This document shows, in pieces, positions 55,011 to 64,000 of a stretch of 64,000 nt of DNA. The notes beneath the pieces were generated by a model. It was not told the origin of the DNA, searched no databases, and was given only the letters and a program-made list of their open reading frames with translations. The stretch lies in NCBI GenBank assembly GCA_038321865.1, contig JBBQFH010000016.1:1-64000 (forward strand), given 5' to 3'. The stretch's first letter is position 1; each line of letters begins with the position of its first letter. Origin of the DNA: Gemmatimonadales bacterium. GTDB taxonomy: Bacteria > Gemmatimonadota > Gemmatimonadetes > Gemmatimonadales > GWC2-71-9. The translations under genes were made by a program, and so were the position numbers.

Positions 55011-56402
55011 ATGCGACACCTACTCTACGCCTGTGCACTGGCGTCGATCGCCGCGTCGGCGACGGCCCAGCAGCCTGAGCCGCCCACCCGCGCGCCGGCC
55101 GTCAACGGCCGCGCGCTGCCGGCGGATTCGATGGGCATCAGCCCGGCCCCCGACTGCAGTCACCGCGGGCCCGCCGCACGTTCGCGTGCGTCGCTGACCG
55201 ATTCGCTCTGCCTCACCCGGCGCGAGATGATCGCCGAGGCGCTGAGCTACAATCCGCAGCTGCAGATCGCCGACGCCCAGACCGACCAGGCGCGGGCCCG
55301 CCGGGTGCAGGGCGTGGCGATACCGGACCCCCAATTCGTAGCCTCGGACGAGGCACCCGGCCTGTTCGGCCGCGGCGGGCCGACGGGCAAGAACGTCGGC
55401 GCCACGATCACCATCCCGTTCCCCGACAAGTTCAGGCTGAGGGGCCGCATCGGTACCGCCGACGTGCGCGCGGCCGAGGCGCAGGGAATGCTGACCCGCC
55501 AGACGGTCGCCGCGCAGACGTCGCAAACCTACGACTCGCTGCTCGCGGCGCTGCGGCGCCGGCGCGACCTGCAGGAGTCGAGACTGCTGGCCACGGAATT
55601 CGCGCGGAAGACCGAGGCGCGCTTCAACGCCGGCGATACGCCGAAGCTCGACGTCATCCGCGCCCGCCTCGATATCGCGCAGGCCGAAAACCAGCTGATC
55701 GTCACCGAGCGCGACATCGCCAACGCGCGGGCGGCGCTGAATCGCCTGATCGGCCGCCCGCTGGCGGCGCCGATCGGCGCCGCTGATTCCCTCGCCATGC
55801 CGGCGCCGCTGCCCGATCTCGGCCGGCTGGAGACGCTGGGGCTCAATGCGCGGCCCGAGCTGGCCAGCATCCGGAGCCAGCAGGCCGGCGCCCGGGCGGC
55901 GGTCACGCTGGCCCGCGAGTTCTGGCTGCCGGACTTCTTCGTCGGCCTGAACCGCGATTACGCCGGCCCGGGCCCCGCGCTCTTCACCACCGGCGTGGCC
56001 CTGCCGATCCCCCTCTTCTTTTGGCAGCACACCCGGGGGGAGATCGCCGAAGCCCGGGGTCGCGAGCGCGAGCTCACGGCCACCGCCGTGGACCTCCAGG
56101 CACAGGTCGGTCAGGATATCCGTGCCGCGTACGCCGCGGCCGACGCCGCGCTGCGCCAGGCGATCTACATCAAGGAGCAGCTCCTGCCCACCGCCGTCGA
56201 AGCGTACCGCATCGCCTCGGTGAGCTATGGGCTCGGTGGCTCCTCGGCGCTCGAGGTCCTCGATGCCCGGCGCAGCCTGCTGGACGCCGAAAGCCAGTAC
56301 ACCGACGCCCTCGCGGCGGCCAACAGCGCGCGGGCCGATCTGCAGCGCGCCGTCGCCACTCCGCTCGATACGCTCGCCCCGGGAGACCCCAATGTCCGGT
56401 AG
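55011..56402 (+). CDS. czcC: TolC-family outer-membrane efflux protein (CzcC-like)
   Basis: Signal peptide; ALSYNPQL, RFNAGD..KLDV, SYGLGGSSALEVLDA. Confidence 0.85.
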   Translation: MRHLLYACALASIAASATAQQPEPPTRAPAVNGRALPADSMGISPAPDCSHRGPAARSRASLTDSLCLTRREMIAEALSYNPQLQIADAQTDQARARRVQGVAIPDPQFVASDEAPGLFGRGGPTGKNVGATITIPFPDKFRLRGRIGTADVRAAEAQGMLTRQTVAAQTSQTYDSLLAALRRRRDLQESRLLATEFARKTEARFNAGDTPKLDVIRARLDIAQAENQLIVTERDIANARAALNRLIGRPLAAPIGAADSLAMPAPLPDLGRLETLGLNARPELASIRSQQAGARAAVTLAREFWLPDFFVGLNRDYAGPGPALFTTGVALPIPLFFWQHTRGEIAEARGRERELTATAVDLQAQVGQDIRAAYAAADAALRQAIYIKEQLLPTAVEAYRIASVSYGLGGSSALEVLDARRSLLDAESQYTDALAAANSARADLQRAVATPLDTLAPGDPNVR

Positions 56403-57540
56403 CCCCGCGCTCCGTTCGACGCTGCTGGTGATCGCGCTCTCCGCCGCCGCGGCCTGCTCCCGCAAACCCGATCCCGCGGCAGGACCGGCCGAGGCCGCCG
56501 GCGACAGCAGCGTCGTGCTCGACAGTGCGCAGCGCGCGCAGATCCGCGCCGAGCCGGTGACGCCCGCGACGTACAACGCCACGATCGTCACCACCGGCAC
56601 CGTCGCCTTCAACGGCGATCACTCGACCGACATTCTCTCGCCGATGTCCGGGCCGGTGTCGCGCATCATGGTGTCGCCGGGGGCATCGGTCGGGCGCGGC
56701 CAGATTCTCGCGACGGTCGCCTCACCCGACTTCGCCGACGCCGTCGCGGCGTTCCGGAAGGCCGAGTCCGCGCTGCGAAACGCGCAACGGATCGCGACGC
56801 TCGACGAGCAGCTCTTCGCCAACGACGCCCTCGCGCGGCGCGATCTCGACCAGGCTCGCTCCGATCTCGCGGCCGCCGCCGCTGACCGCGATGCGGCCGT
56901 CTCCACCATGCGCTCGCTCGGCGTGGAGGAATCAGCGATCACCGCGATCCGCGACGGGCGCCCGGCGGCGAATGCCCAGGCCGCGATCCGGTCGCCGATC
57001 GCAGGCACGGTCGTGACCAAGGCCATCAACCCCGGCCAGCTGCTCCAGGCGGGTGCCACGAACGTCTTCACCGTCGCGGACCTGTCCACCATGTGGGTGA
57101 TGGCGAACGTGTTCGAGGGAGACGTCGCCTCGGTGCAGAAGGGGGAGACGGCGTGGATCACGACCAGCGGCTCCCCCGACACGCTGACCGGGCGCGTGGA
57201 CTACGTGGCGGCGCTGGTGGATCCGGCCACCAAGGCCACCGCCGTACGCATCCTGGTTCCCAACCGGGGCGGGCTGCTCCGCCGCGACATGCTGGTGAAC
57301 GTCGAGATCCGCGCGATGCGCCAGCGTACGGGGATCCTGGTGCCCGTGGCCTCGGTGCTTCGCGACGACGACAATCTGCCGTATGTGTTCGTCGCCAGCG
57401 GGGCCAAGGGGTACGCGCGCCGCCGGATCGAGCTCGGCTCGCGGGTCGGCGACCGGTATGAGGTGCGCACCGGCCTCCAGCCGGGCGAGTCCGTCGTTAC
57501 CCAGGGCGCGCTGTTCCTGGCCGGGTCGGGCGCGTCATGA
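56392..57540 (+). CDS. czcB: RND periplasmic adaptor (CzcB-like) lipoprotein
   Basis: Lipobox AAAC; IRSPIAGTV, VADLSTMWV, GLQPGESVVTQG. Confidence 0.85.
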   Translation: MSGSPALRSTLLVIALSAAAACSRKPDPAAGPAEAAGDSSVVLDSAQRAQIRAEPVTPATYNATIVTTGTVAFNGDHSTDILSPMSGPVSRIMVSPGASVGRGQILATVASPDFADAVAAFRKAESALRNAQRIATLDEQLFANDALARRDLDQARSDLAAAAADRDAAVSTMRSLGVEESAITAIRDGRPAANAQAAIRSPIAGTVVTKAINPGQLLQAGATNVFTVADLSTMWVMANVFEGDVASVQKGETAWITTSGSPDTLTGRVDYVAALVDPATKATAVRILVPNRGGLLRRDMLVNVEIRAMRQRTGILVPVASVLRDDDNLPYVFVASGAKGYARRRIELGSRVGDRYEVRTGLQPGESVVTQGALFLAGSGAS

Positions 57541-60500
57541 GCGAGCCAGAAGTGCACGAGCCGGGGCAGCCGGCCCCATCCGTGATCCACCGAATCGTGA
57601 CGGTCGCACTGGGCCAGCCGATTCTGGTGCTGACGCTCAGCGTCGCCGTCGCAGCATTCGGCATCTGGTCTTTTTCCCGGCTGCCGGTCGACGCCTACCC
57701 CGACATCTCCCCGCCCATGGTCGAGATCGTGAGCCAGTGGCCCGGCCAGGCTGCCGAGGAGGTCGAGCGCCTCATCACCGTTCCCATCGAGACGGAGATG
57801 AATGGCCTGCCCAATCTCAGCGTCGTGCGCTCGATCTCGCTGTACGGGCTCTCGGACGTTCGGCTCGTGTTCCAGGACGGCACCGACAACTACTTCGCGC
57901 GCGAGCGGGTGTTCGAGAAGCTCCGCGGAGTCGAGGTGCCCGATGGCGTCGCGCCCGACGTGGCGCCGCTCTTCTCGCCGTCCGGCCTGGTGTACCGATA
58001 CGTGCTGGAGAGCGCTGATCGAAGCCCGATGGAGCTCAAGACATTGCAGGACTGGATCGTCGCGAAGGCCTACAAGTCGGTGCCGGGCGTCGCCGACCTG
58101 TCGAGCCTGGGCGGGCAGACGATGCAGTATCAGGTGCTGCTCGATCCCACCAGAGTGGCCGGCGCCGGCCTGTCCGTGGCGAATGTGACCGACGCGATCG
58201 CCGCCAACAATGGGAATGCCGGGGGCGGCTTCTACTCCGAGGCAGGGCAGTTCTACTATGTGCGCGGCCTGGGGCGCCTCGAGCGGCCGGAGGACATCGA
58301 AAATGTCGTCCTGACCGTGAAGAACGGCACGCCGATCCTGGTGCGTGATGTCGGCCAGGTGGTCATCGGTTACGCCCCCAGACTCGGTCAGTTCGGCTTC
58401 AACGATCACGACGACGCCGTCGAGGGAATCGTCGTCATGCGCACCGGCGAGCAGGCGCAGACGGTGCTCAAGCGGGTGGAGGCCAAGACCCGCGAGCTGA
58501 ACGCGACGGTGCTGCCGAAGGATGTACGGATCAAGCCGTTTTACGACCGAAGCGACCTGATCCGTCTCACCACCCGTACCGTCGAGGACAATCTCGTCCG
58601 CGGGATCATCCTCGTCATCGCCATTCTGATATTCTTTCTCTTCGACATTCGATCCGGGTTGATCGTCGCCGCGACGATCCCGCTGTCGCTGCTCTTCGCC
58701 TTCATCTGCCTCGATCTCCGGCACATTCCGGCCAACCTGCTGTCCATCGGCGCCATCGACTTCGGCATCCTGGTGGACGGTGCCGTCGTCATGGTGGAAA
58801 ACATCCACCGCGCGCTCGGGCGGCGGCACGGCACCAGCTTTTCGATACGCGAGGTCATCGCCGAGGCCGCCGCCGAGGTCGATCGGCCCATCGTGTACGC
58901 TGTGGCGATCATCGTCGCCGGGTTCCTGCCGATCTACGTGCTGTCCGGTCCGTCCGGGCGGCTGTTCCGGCCCATGGCGGACACCACGATCTTCGCGCTC
59001 ATCGGCGCGCTCGCCCTGACGCTCACCGTGTTGCCGGTGCTGTGCTCGATCGTGCTCCGCAGCGGCGTCCGCGAGCGGCGCAACGCCGCGTTCGAGTGGG
59101 TACGTGACCTCTACGCCCGGGCACTCGACTGGTGCCTTACCCGCGCGCGCGCGACGATCATCGCATCGGTACTGCTGTTCGGAATCGCGGTGGCGATCGC
59201 CACCCGGATCGGCTCCGAGTTCATGCCCCATCTCGACGAGGGCGCCCTGTGGGTCCGGGCAACGATGCCATCCACGATTTCACTGGAAGAATCAAGCAAG
59301 CTGGTTCCACAGATCCGGAGGATACTGCGTTCGTTTCCGGAGGTGACTGTCGTGGCGTCGGAGCACGGAAGGCCCGACGACGGGACCAATCCAACCGGCT
59401 TCTTCAATGCGGAGTTCTATGTCGGGCTCAAGCCCTACCGCGAATGGCACGGCGCGTTCGACCGGAAGGCCGACCTGATTGCGGCCATCAACCAGAAGCT
59501 GTCCCGCTTCCCCGGCGTCAGCTTCAACTACACCCAGCCCGCTGAAGACGCGGTGGATGAAGCCGAGACCGGACTCAAGAGCTCGCTTGCCGTGAAGATT
59601 TTCGGACCGGACCTCGCGGTGCTGGAAACGAAGGGCCATGCGATCGAGGGCGTGCTCAATGGTGTTCGCGGCATCAGCCGCGTGACGGTCGTGGAGGAGT
59701 TGGGCCAGCCGAGCCTCACCGTGCAGATGGATCGGTCAAAACTCGCCCGGTACGGACTCAACGTCGCTGACGTCAACGGACTGATCGAGGCCGCCGTGGG
59801 CGGTGTGGCCGCGACGTCGGTGGTACAAGGTGAGAAGCTGTTTGACCTGGTTGTGCGGCTCCAGCCTCGGTTCCGGCAAACGCCGGAACAGATCGGCAAC
59901 ATTCTCGTAGCGGCGGGCGACGGCCAGCAGATTCCGCTTCGAGAGCTCGCGACGGTCGGTGTCACCAGCGGAGCATCCTTCATCTACCGGGAAGACAACT
60001 CGCGCTACATCGGCGTCCAGTTTGCCGTCGAAGGGCGCGATCTCGCCGGCGCCGTGCAGGACGCGGAGCGTCAGGTGCGAGCCAAGGTCCACCTGCCGCC
60101 AGGCTACCGCGTGGTGTGGGGCGGTGAGTACGAAGAGTATACGGCGTCGCGCGGACAGCTCGCACTCGTGCTGCCGCTCACCGTGGGCCTCATCTTCGTG
60201 CTCCTGTTTGCGCTCTATCGCAACGTCTCGTTCCCGCTGATCACGATTGTGGGCGTCGTGTTGTCCGCGCCAGTCGGCGGATTGCTGGTGCTGGCGATCA
60301 CCGGCACGCCGTTTTCGGTATCGTCGGGCATCGGGTTCCTGGCGCTCTTCGGTGTATCGGTTCAGACGGCGGTGGTCTACATCTCGTACGCGAACGAGCT
60401 TCGCCTGGGCGGCCTGGGTATCGCTGGCGCGGCGCGCGAGGCCGCGCTGCACCGGCTTCGACCCATCATGATGACGGCGCTGGTCGCCGCGCTGGGGCTG

Positions 60501-60659
60501 CTCCCCGCGGCGCTGTCGACCGGCGTCGGTTCGGACTCGCAGCGCCCGTTCGCGATGGTGATCGTCGGAGGGCTGTTCTCGCGGCTGCTGATCAGCGTCT
60601 TCCTGATGCCGGTGCTCTACACCACGACGGCGCGCGAAGGCGACCGGCTCGAGGTCTAG
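57537..60659 (+). CDS. czcA: Heavy-metal efflux RND permease (CzcA-type)
   Basis: LPVDAYPDI, TM4 AIDFGILVDGAVVMVEN (CzcA-type), RLRPIMMT; the CusA Met triad is not evident. Confidence 0.9.
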   Translation: MSEPEVHEPGQPAPSVIHRIVTVALGQPILVLTLSVAVAAFGIWSFSRLPVDAYPDISPPMVEIVSQWPGQAAEEVERLITVPIETEMNGLPNLSVVRSISLYGLSDVRLVFQDGTDNYFARERVFEKLRGVEVPDGVAPDVAPLFSPSGLVYRYVLESADRSPMELKTLQDWIVAKAYKSVPGVADLSSLGGQTMQYQVLLDPTRVAGAGLSVANVTDAIAANNGNAGGGFYSEAGQFYYVRGLGRLERPEDIENVVLTVKNGTPILVRDVGQVVIGYAPRLGQFGFNDHDDAVEGIVVMRTGEQAQTVLKRVEAKTRELNATVLPKDVRIKPFYDRSDLIRLTTRTVEDNLVRGIILVIAILIFFLFDIRSGLIVAATIPLSLLFAFICLDLRHIPANLLSIGAIDFGILVDGAVVMVENIHRALGRRHGTSFSIREVIAEAAAEVDRPIVYAVAIIVAGFLPIYVLSGPSGRLFRPMADTTIFALIGALALTLTVLPVLCSIVLRSGVRERRNAAFEWVRDLYARALDWCLTRARATIIASVLLFGIAVAIATRIGSEFMPHLDEGALWVRATMPSTISLEESSKLVPQIRRILRSFPEVTVVASEHGRPDDGTNPTGFFNAEFYVGLKPYREWHGAFDRKADLIAAINQKLSRFPGVSFNYTQPAEDAVDEAETGLKSSLAVKIFGPDLAVLETKGHAIEGVLNGVRGISRVTVVEELGQPSLTVQMDRSKLARYGLNVADVNGLIEAAVGGVAATSVVQGEKLFDLVVRLQPRFRQTPEQIGNILVAAGDGQQIPLRELATVGVTSGASFIYREDNSRYIGVQFAVEGRDLAGAVQDAERQVRAKVHLPPGYRVVWGGEYEEYTASRGQLALVLPLTVGLIFVLLFALYRNVSFPLITIVGVVLSAPVGGLLVLAITGTPFSVSSGIGFLALFGVSVQTAVVYISYANELRLGGLGIAGAAREAALHRLRPIMMTALVAALGLLPAALSTGVGSDSQRPFAMVIVGGLFSRLLISVFLMPVLYTTTAREGDRLEV

Positions 60660-60662
60660 CGG

Positions 60663-62153
60663 CTAGAATTTCGGGGCGCGCTTCCACCCCGGCAGTATCG
60701 GTGGAGGCGCGATGGCCGTGCGGCGCAGCAGCTCGAGGTGCGGCGCCACCAGGTCGGCCAGCTGCTGGGCGACCTCGATGTCGCCCCGGCCGAACATCGT
60801 GGCTTCGCCGCCGGTCAGCACCATCGCGCCGATCACCCGCCCCGCCACCCTGAGGGCAACGATCAGGTCCGCCCGGCCCTCCGCCCGCATAGTCAGATTG
60901 GGCACGTCTCCCCGCACCACTCGGCCGAGCCCAGTACCGGCGATGGGGGTGAGAGGAAGGTCCGGCAGGGCGCGCGTCTCGCCCGGCGCCATGATGGCGA
61001 CGCGGTCGTCCTGGTTCAAGCCCAGCGCGAAATGCATGCGCTCGAACACGAGCACAGCCCGAGCCTCGACGGCGAACCGGCTCGTCGCATCGGCCGGGTC
61101 CGCCGTGGAGGCGAGCATGTCGGCCAGGCGGCCCAGCTGCGCCGGCACCGAGCGCAGCGCGGCGAGGTGGCTGCGCATGACCTGCAGGTGAGCCGCCGCG
61201 ATGCTGGCATCGACCCGCATCGCGACCAGCGGAGCGATCGTCGCGAGCTGAGTGGCGTCGGCGTCGGTAAACCGGTGCGCCTCCCGGGCGCCGAGCAGCA
61301 AGGCCCCGACCGTCCTCCCGCCGACCTCCAGCCAGACGCCAACGACTGACCGGATCAGCCCGGCCGTTTCGTGCCGGGGGAAGATCGGGCGCCCGCCCGC
61401 CGTGACGTCTCCTCGGAGCACCGAGTCACCCGCGCCGAACAGGGCGGTCACGTCCAGCGCGTGCCGGGTCAGAACCAGATCGGGATCGCTGCCGAGCGGA
61501 CCGCCCCGGTGCTCGCCGAAGCGATACCATTCCTCGGCCGAGCTTCCCGGCACCAGCAGCTCGAGCCGGTCGGCCGCGATCCAGGGCGCGAGCGACGCGA
61601 GCAGTCCGCTCGACAGTTCGCGCGAGGAGCCTGCCGTCGCTACCGCCGTCGCGACTGCGGAAATGGCTGCGGCGCCGCGGTCCTGGCCGTCGAGCGGTAC
61701 CGGCCTCCCCCAGAGTCGCGCCAGCCGCCCGAACATCGCCGAGAGACCCTCGGCCACGCCGGCGATCAGCCGGCGCTCGCGGTCCCCATACACATCCTCC
61801 CGCAGTGCGGCGAACAGGACCAGCCCCGTCTCGCGATCGCCCGACCTGATCACCGCCACGGCGACGGACGGATACCCCGCGTCCTGGACGATCTCCTCGA
61901 GCAGCGCCAGCTGGTGAGCCGGAATGTCAGGTGGGACGGGTACGGTCAACTGATCGGCCGCAAGCGCGGCCGGCGCGATCAGCTCGGCACCGCCGGCCGC
62001 CGGGTAGAGCCAGACGGCAAGGAGGTCATGGGGGAGATCGGGCGAAACGGCATTCGACAGCGCCAGATGCCAGGCATCGAGCGTGTCGGTGTCGGTTGTT
62101 TCCTCCCCGGCACGGAGAGATGGGACGAGCAGGGGGTCCGCGTCGGGCGACAT
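60663..62153 (-). CDS. Multi-GAF domain protein without obvious output domain
   Basis: Three GAF-like segments (e.g. RSVVGVWLEVGGRTVGALLLG..FTDAD; LRVAGRVIGAMVL..FGRGD); start 62153 or 62165. Confidence 0.7.
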   Translation of the reverse strand: MSPDADPLLVPSLRAGEETTDTDTLDAWHLALSNAVSPDLPHDLLAVWLYPAAGGAELIAPAALAADQLTVPVPPDIPAHQLALLEEIVQDAGYPSVAVAVIRSGDRETGLVLFAALREDVYGDRERRLIAGVAEGLSAMFGRLARLWGRPVPLDGQDRGAAAISAVATAVATAGSSRELSSGLLASLAPWIAADRLELLVPGSSAEEWYRFGEHRGGPLGSDPDLVLTRHALDVTALFGAGDSVLRGDVTAGGRPIFPRHETAGLIRSVVGVWLEVGGRTVGALLLGAREAHRFTDADATQLATIAPLVAMRVDASIAAAHLQVMRSHLAALRSVPAQLGRLADMLASTADPADATSRFAVEARAVLVFERMHFALGLNQDDRVAIMAPGETRALPDLPLTPIAGTGLGRVVRGDVPNLTMRAEGRADLIVALRVAGRVIGAMVLTGGEATMFGRGDIEVAQQLADLVAPHLELLRRTAIAPPPILPGWKRAPKF

Positions 62154-62339
62154 GACCCCGGGCAAGGCAGGAGCCGTGCCGCCCGGACGATCAGGGCTTG
62201 GGGCGGTAAATCACACTGCGAAAAAGTGTTACCACCGCGTGGATCCCCGTGTTGAGACGGCTGGTCCAATGACTTAGGTGCTTTTCGGTCCAGGTCGCCC
62301 GCCGCCAGCGCTCTCTCGGCAGATAGATCGGCCGCCCCG

Positions 62340-62368
62340 TTGACATACCCCTACCCCCTATATACGTT
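62340..62368 (+). promoter_or_regulatory. sigma70 promoter of the copper operon with CsoR-like C-tract operator
   Basis: TTGACA-17 nt-TACGTT; the overlapping stretch reads ATACCCCTACCCCCTATAT. Confidence 0.65.
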
Positions 62369-62434
62369 GCTGCTGCCTGCCGTGTATTGCACTACTCAGG
62401 GCGGCGAAGATCCACCTTTTCGAAAGTCCACGCT

Positions 62435-62638
62435 ATGAGGCAGATCACCCTTCGCATTGGCGGCATGAGCTGCGGCCACTGCCTGAACGCCGTCAACGCG
62501 GCGTTGCGCGGCGTGCCCGGTGTCGAAATCGGCAGCGTCCAGATGGGGCGGGCGGAAGTCACCTACGACGAGAGCCGCGTCGAGGAGGGCCGGATCATCG
62601 AGGCCGTTCGCGAGGCCGGGTACGAGGCCACGACATGA
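62435..62638 (+). CDS. copZ: Copper chaperone (HMA domain)
   Basis: GMSCGHC; 67 aa from ATG 62435. Confidence 0.92.
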   Translation: MRQITLRIGGMSCGHCLNAVNAALRGVPGVEIGSVQMGRAEVTYDESRVEEGRIIEAVREAGYEATT

Positions 62639-63024
62639 GCAGTGCCCAGATCATCGTCACGGCAGCGGGCCTGGCGGCGATCGGCTGGATCGTCTGGTAT
62701 TTCTTCGTCGCCGGGCGGGTGGTGGGTGTCGCGGCGGGGGCGTCGGTGCAGCAGATCGGGATCGTCGTCCGCGGCGGGTACACCCCCGCCGTGATCAAGG
62801 TCCGGGCGGGCCGGCCGGTCCGGCTGGACTTTCGCCGGGATGAGGCGAACAGCTGCACCGAAGAGGTCGTGTTTGCCGACTTCGGGATCCGCACCTTCCT
62901 GCCGCAGCACCAGACGACGCCGGTCGAATTCACACCCACCGCGCCCGGCACCTACGAGTTCACCTGCGGCATGGGGATGGTTCGCGGCAGCCTGATCGTC
63001 GAACCGGACGATCAGACGCCATGA
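62635..63024 (+). CDS. Membrane-anchored cupredoxin-domain protein (CupA-like)
   Basis: N-terminal TM; GGYTP, SCTEEV, FTCGMGM. Confidence 0.88.
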   Translation: MSSAQIIVTAAGLAAIGWIVWYFFVAGRVVGVAAGASVQQIGIVVRGGYTPAVIKVRAGRPVRLDFRRDEANSCTEEVVFADFGIRTFLPQHQTTPVEFTPTAPGTYEFTCGMGMVRGSLIVEPDDQTP

Positions 63025-64000
63025 GTCCGGCACCTTCTGCCACCGGGCAGTGTGACATTCCGGTCACCGGCATGACCTGCGCCGCCTGCAGCGCACGCGT
63101 TCAGCGCGCTCTGGAGCGGACACCGGGGGTGCGTTCGGCCAACGTGAATCTCATGACCGAAACGGCGACCGTCGGCTACGACGCCGCCGCCATCTCACCC
63201 GAGCAGCTGGTGAACGCCATACGGGAGACGGGCTACGGCGCCGCGCTCCCCTCGGCGGGAGGCGACGTCGATCCGCTCGCGGCGCGGGACGCGGCCCACG
63301 CGGAGGAGTGGCGGGATCTCCGGCGCAAATTCATCGTCAGCATGATCGCGGCCGTGATCGCCATGGGCGGCATGCCGCTGGTAGGGCACGCGGCGACGCT
63401 CACCGGCTGGTGGCGGTACGGGCTCCTCGCGCTCACGCTGCCGGTCGTCGGCTGGGCCGGGCGCCACTTCTACACCCGTGCGTGGACGGCGCTCCGGCAT
63501 CACGGCGCCGACATGAATACGCTGATCGCGGTGGGCACCGGCGCCGCCTTCCTGTTCAGCCTGCTCACGACGTTCGCGCCGGAGTGGATTGCGGCCCGCG
63601 GCGTCGAGCCGGCGGTGTACTACGAAGCGGTGCTCTGGATCATCGCGCTGGTGCTCCTCGGCAACCTGCTCGAGGCGCGCGCGAAGGGCCGTACGTCGGA
63701 CGCGATCCGGAAGCTCGCCGGGCTTCGCGCCGCCACAGCCCGTGTGCTCCGGGACGGGAGCGAGCTGGACATTCCGATCGCGGAGCTCCGCGTGGGGGAC
63801 GAGGTGCTGGTCCGCCCGGGCGAAAAGATCCCCGCCGATGGCACCGTCACCGAGGGCCACAGCACGGTGGACGAGTCGATGCTGACCGGCGAGCCGGCGC
63901 CGGTGGTGCGGACGGTAGGAGATCCGGTGGTCGGCGCGACGCTCAACCGGAACGGCGCGCTTCGGTTCCGGGTCGACCGGGTGGGCCGAGACACGGTGCT
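63021..64000 (+). CDS. copA: Copper-translocating P1B-type ATPase (runs off window end)
   Basis: Translated by hand from ATG 63021: [38 protein letters not shown]. Confidence 0.93.
   Translation, partial: MSPAPSATGQCDIPVTGMTCAACSARVQRALERTPGVRSANVNLMTETATVGYDAAAISPEQLVNAIRETGYGAALPSAGGDVDPLAARDAAHAEEWRDLRRKFIVSMIAAVIAMGGMPLVGHAATLTGWWRYGLLALTLPVVGWAGRHFYTRAWTALRHHGADMNTLIAVGTGAAFLFSLLTTFAPEWIAARGVEPAVYYEAVLWIIALVLLGNLLEARAKGRTSDAIRKLAGLRAATARVLRDGSELDIPIAELRVGDEVLVRPGEKIPADGTVTEGHSTVDESMLTGEPAPVVRTVGDPVVGATLNRNGALRFRVDRVGRDTV

Noticed and set aside
57537..60659. Calling the RND pump CusA because of the nearby copper operon
   Set aside because: TM4 has the DFG..DG..EN CzcA-type signature, and the Cu(I) methionine triad is not evident.
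62162..62176. sigma54-like CGGCTCCTGCCTTGC on the minus strand before the GAF gene
   Set aside because: Weak -24 half, too close to the start codon, and expected by chance in GC-rich DNA.

Overview
A 64-kb, very GC-rich, gene-dense bacterial chromosome segment. Gene content and style suggest Gemmatimonadota, but that is inference only. I found about 60 CDSs and no rRNA, tRNA, CRISPR array or mobile element. Housekeeping and accessory genes include selD, rnhA, thyX, an EF-G paralog, a thiolase, 3-hydroxybutyryl-CoA dehydrogenase, a CzcCBA-type efflux system and a copZ-cupredoxin-copA operon. The best candidate for an undescribed system is at 12.2-19.6 kb. Two tandem ~50-aa peptide genes, neither called correctly in the ORF track, share a leader ending LSVEELEQRIAP (an identical 36-nt repeat) and have tiny variable tails (RTMF; GLAIPGGA). 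They are followed by a GAF-membrane-fusion protein, a lipoprotein membrane-fusion protein and an RRE(PqqD)-M50 peptidase-membrane-fusion protein. The locus has no ATPase, TolC or modifying enzyme. A divergent SARP/BTAD-ATPase regulator sits upstream, and the intergenic region has TTCACG repeats at 11-bp phase ending 8 bp before a -10 box. Other notable loci: (1) a two-ATP-grasp + GNAT + KamA operon with a terminator-like leader; (2) a duplicated lipoprotein-TPR-sigma54 activator module with pseudo-receiver domains and -24/-12 promoters, one of which faces a Rieske/putative haem-protein operon; (3) a CxxC...RAPP (DUF2946-like) leader ORF before czcCBA; (4) an RNase HI with a rearranged active site; (5) a CIRCE-like palindrome before a histone H1-like gene. 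All assignments come from reading motifs by eye; no database search was run.
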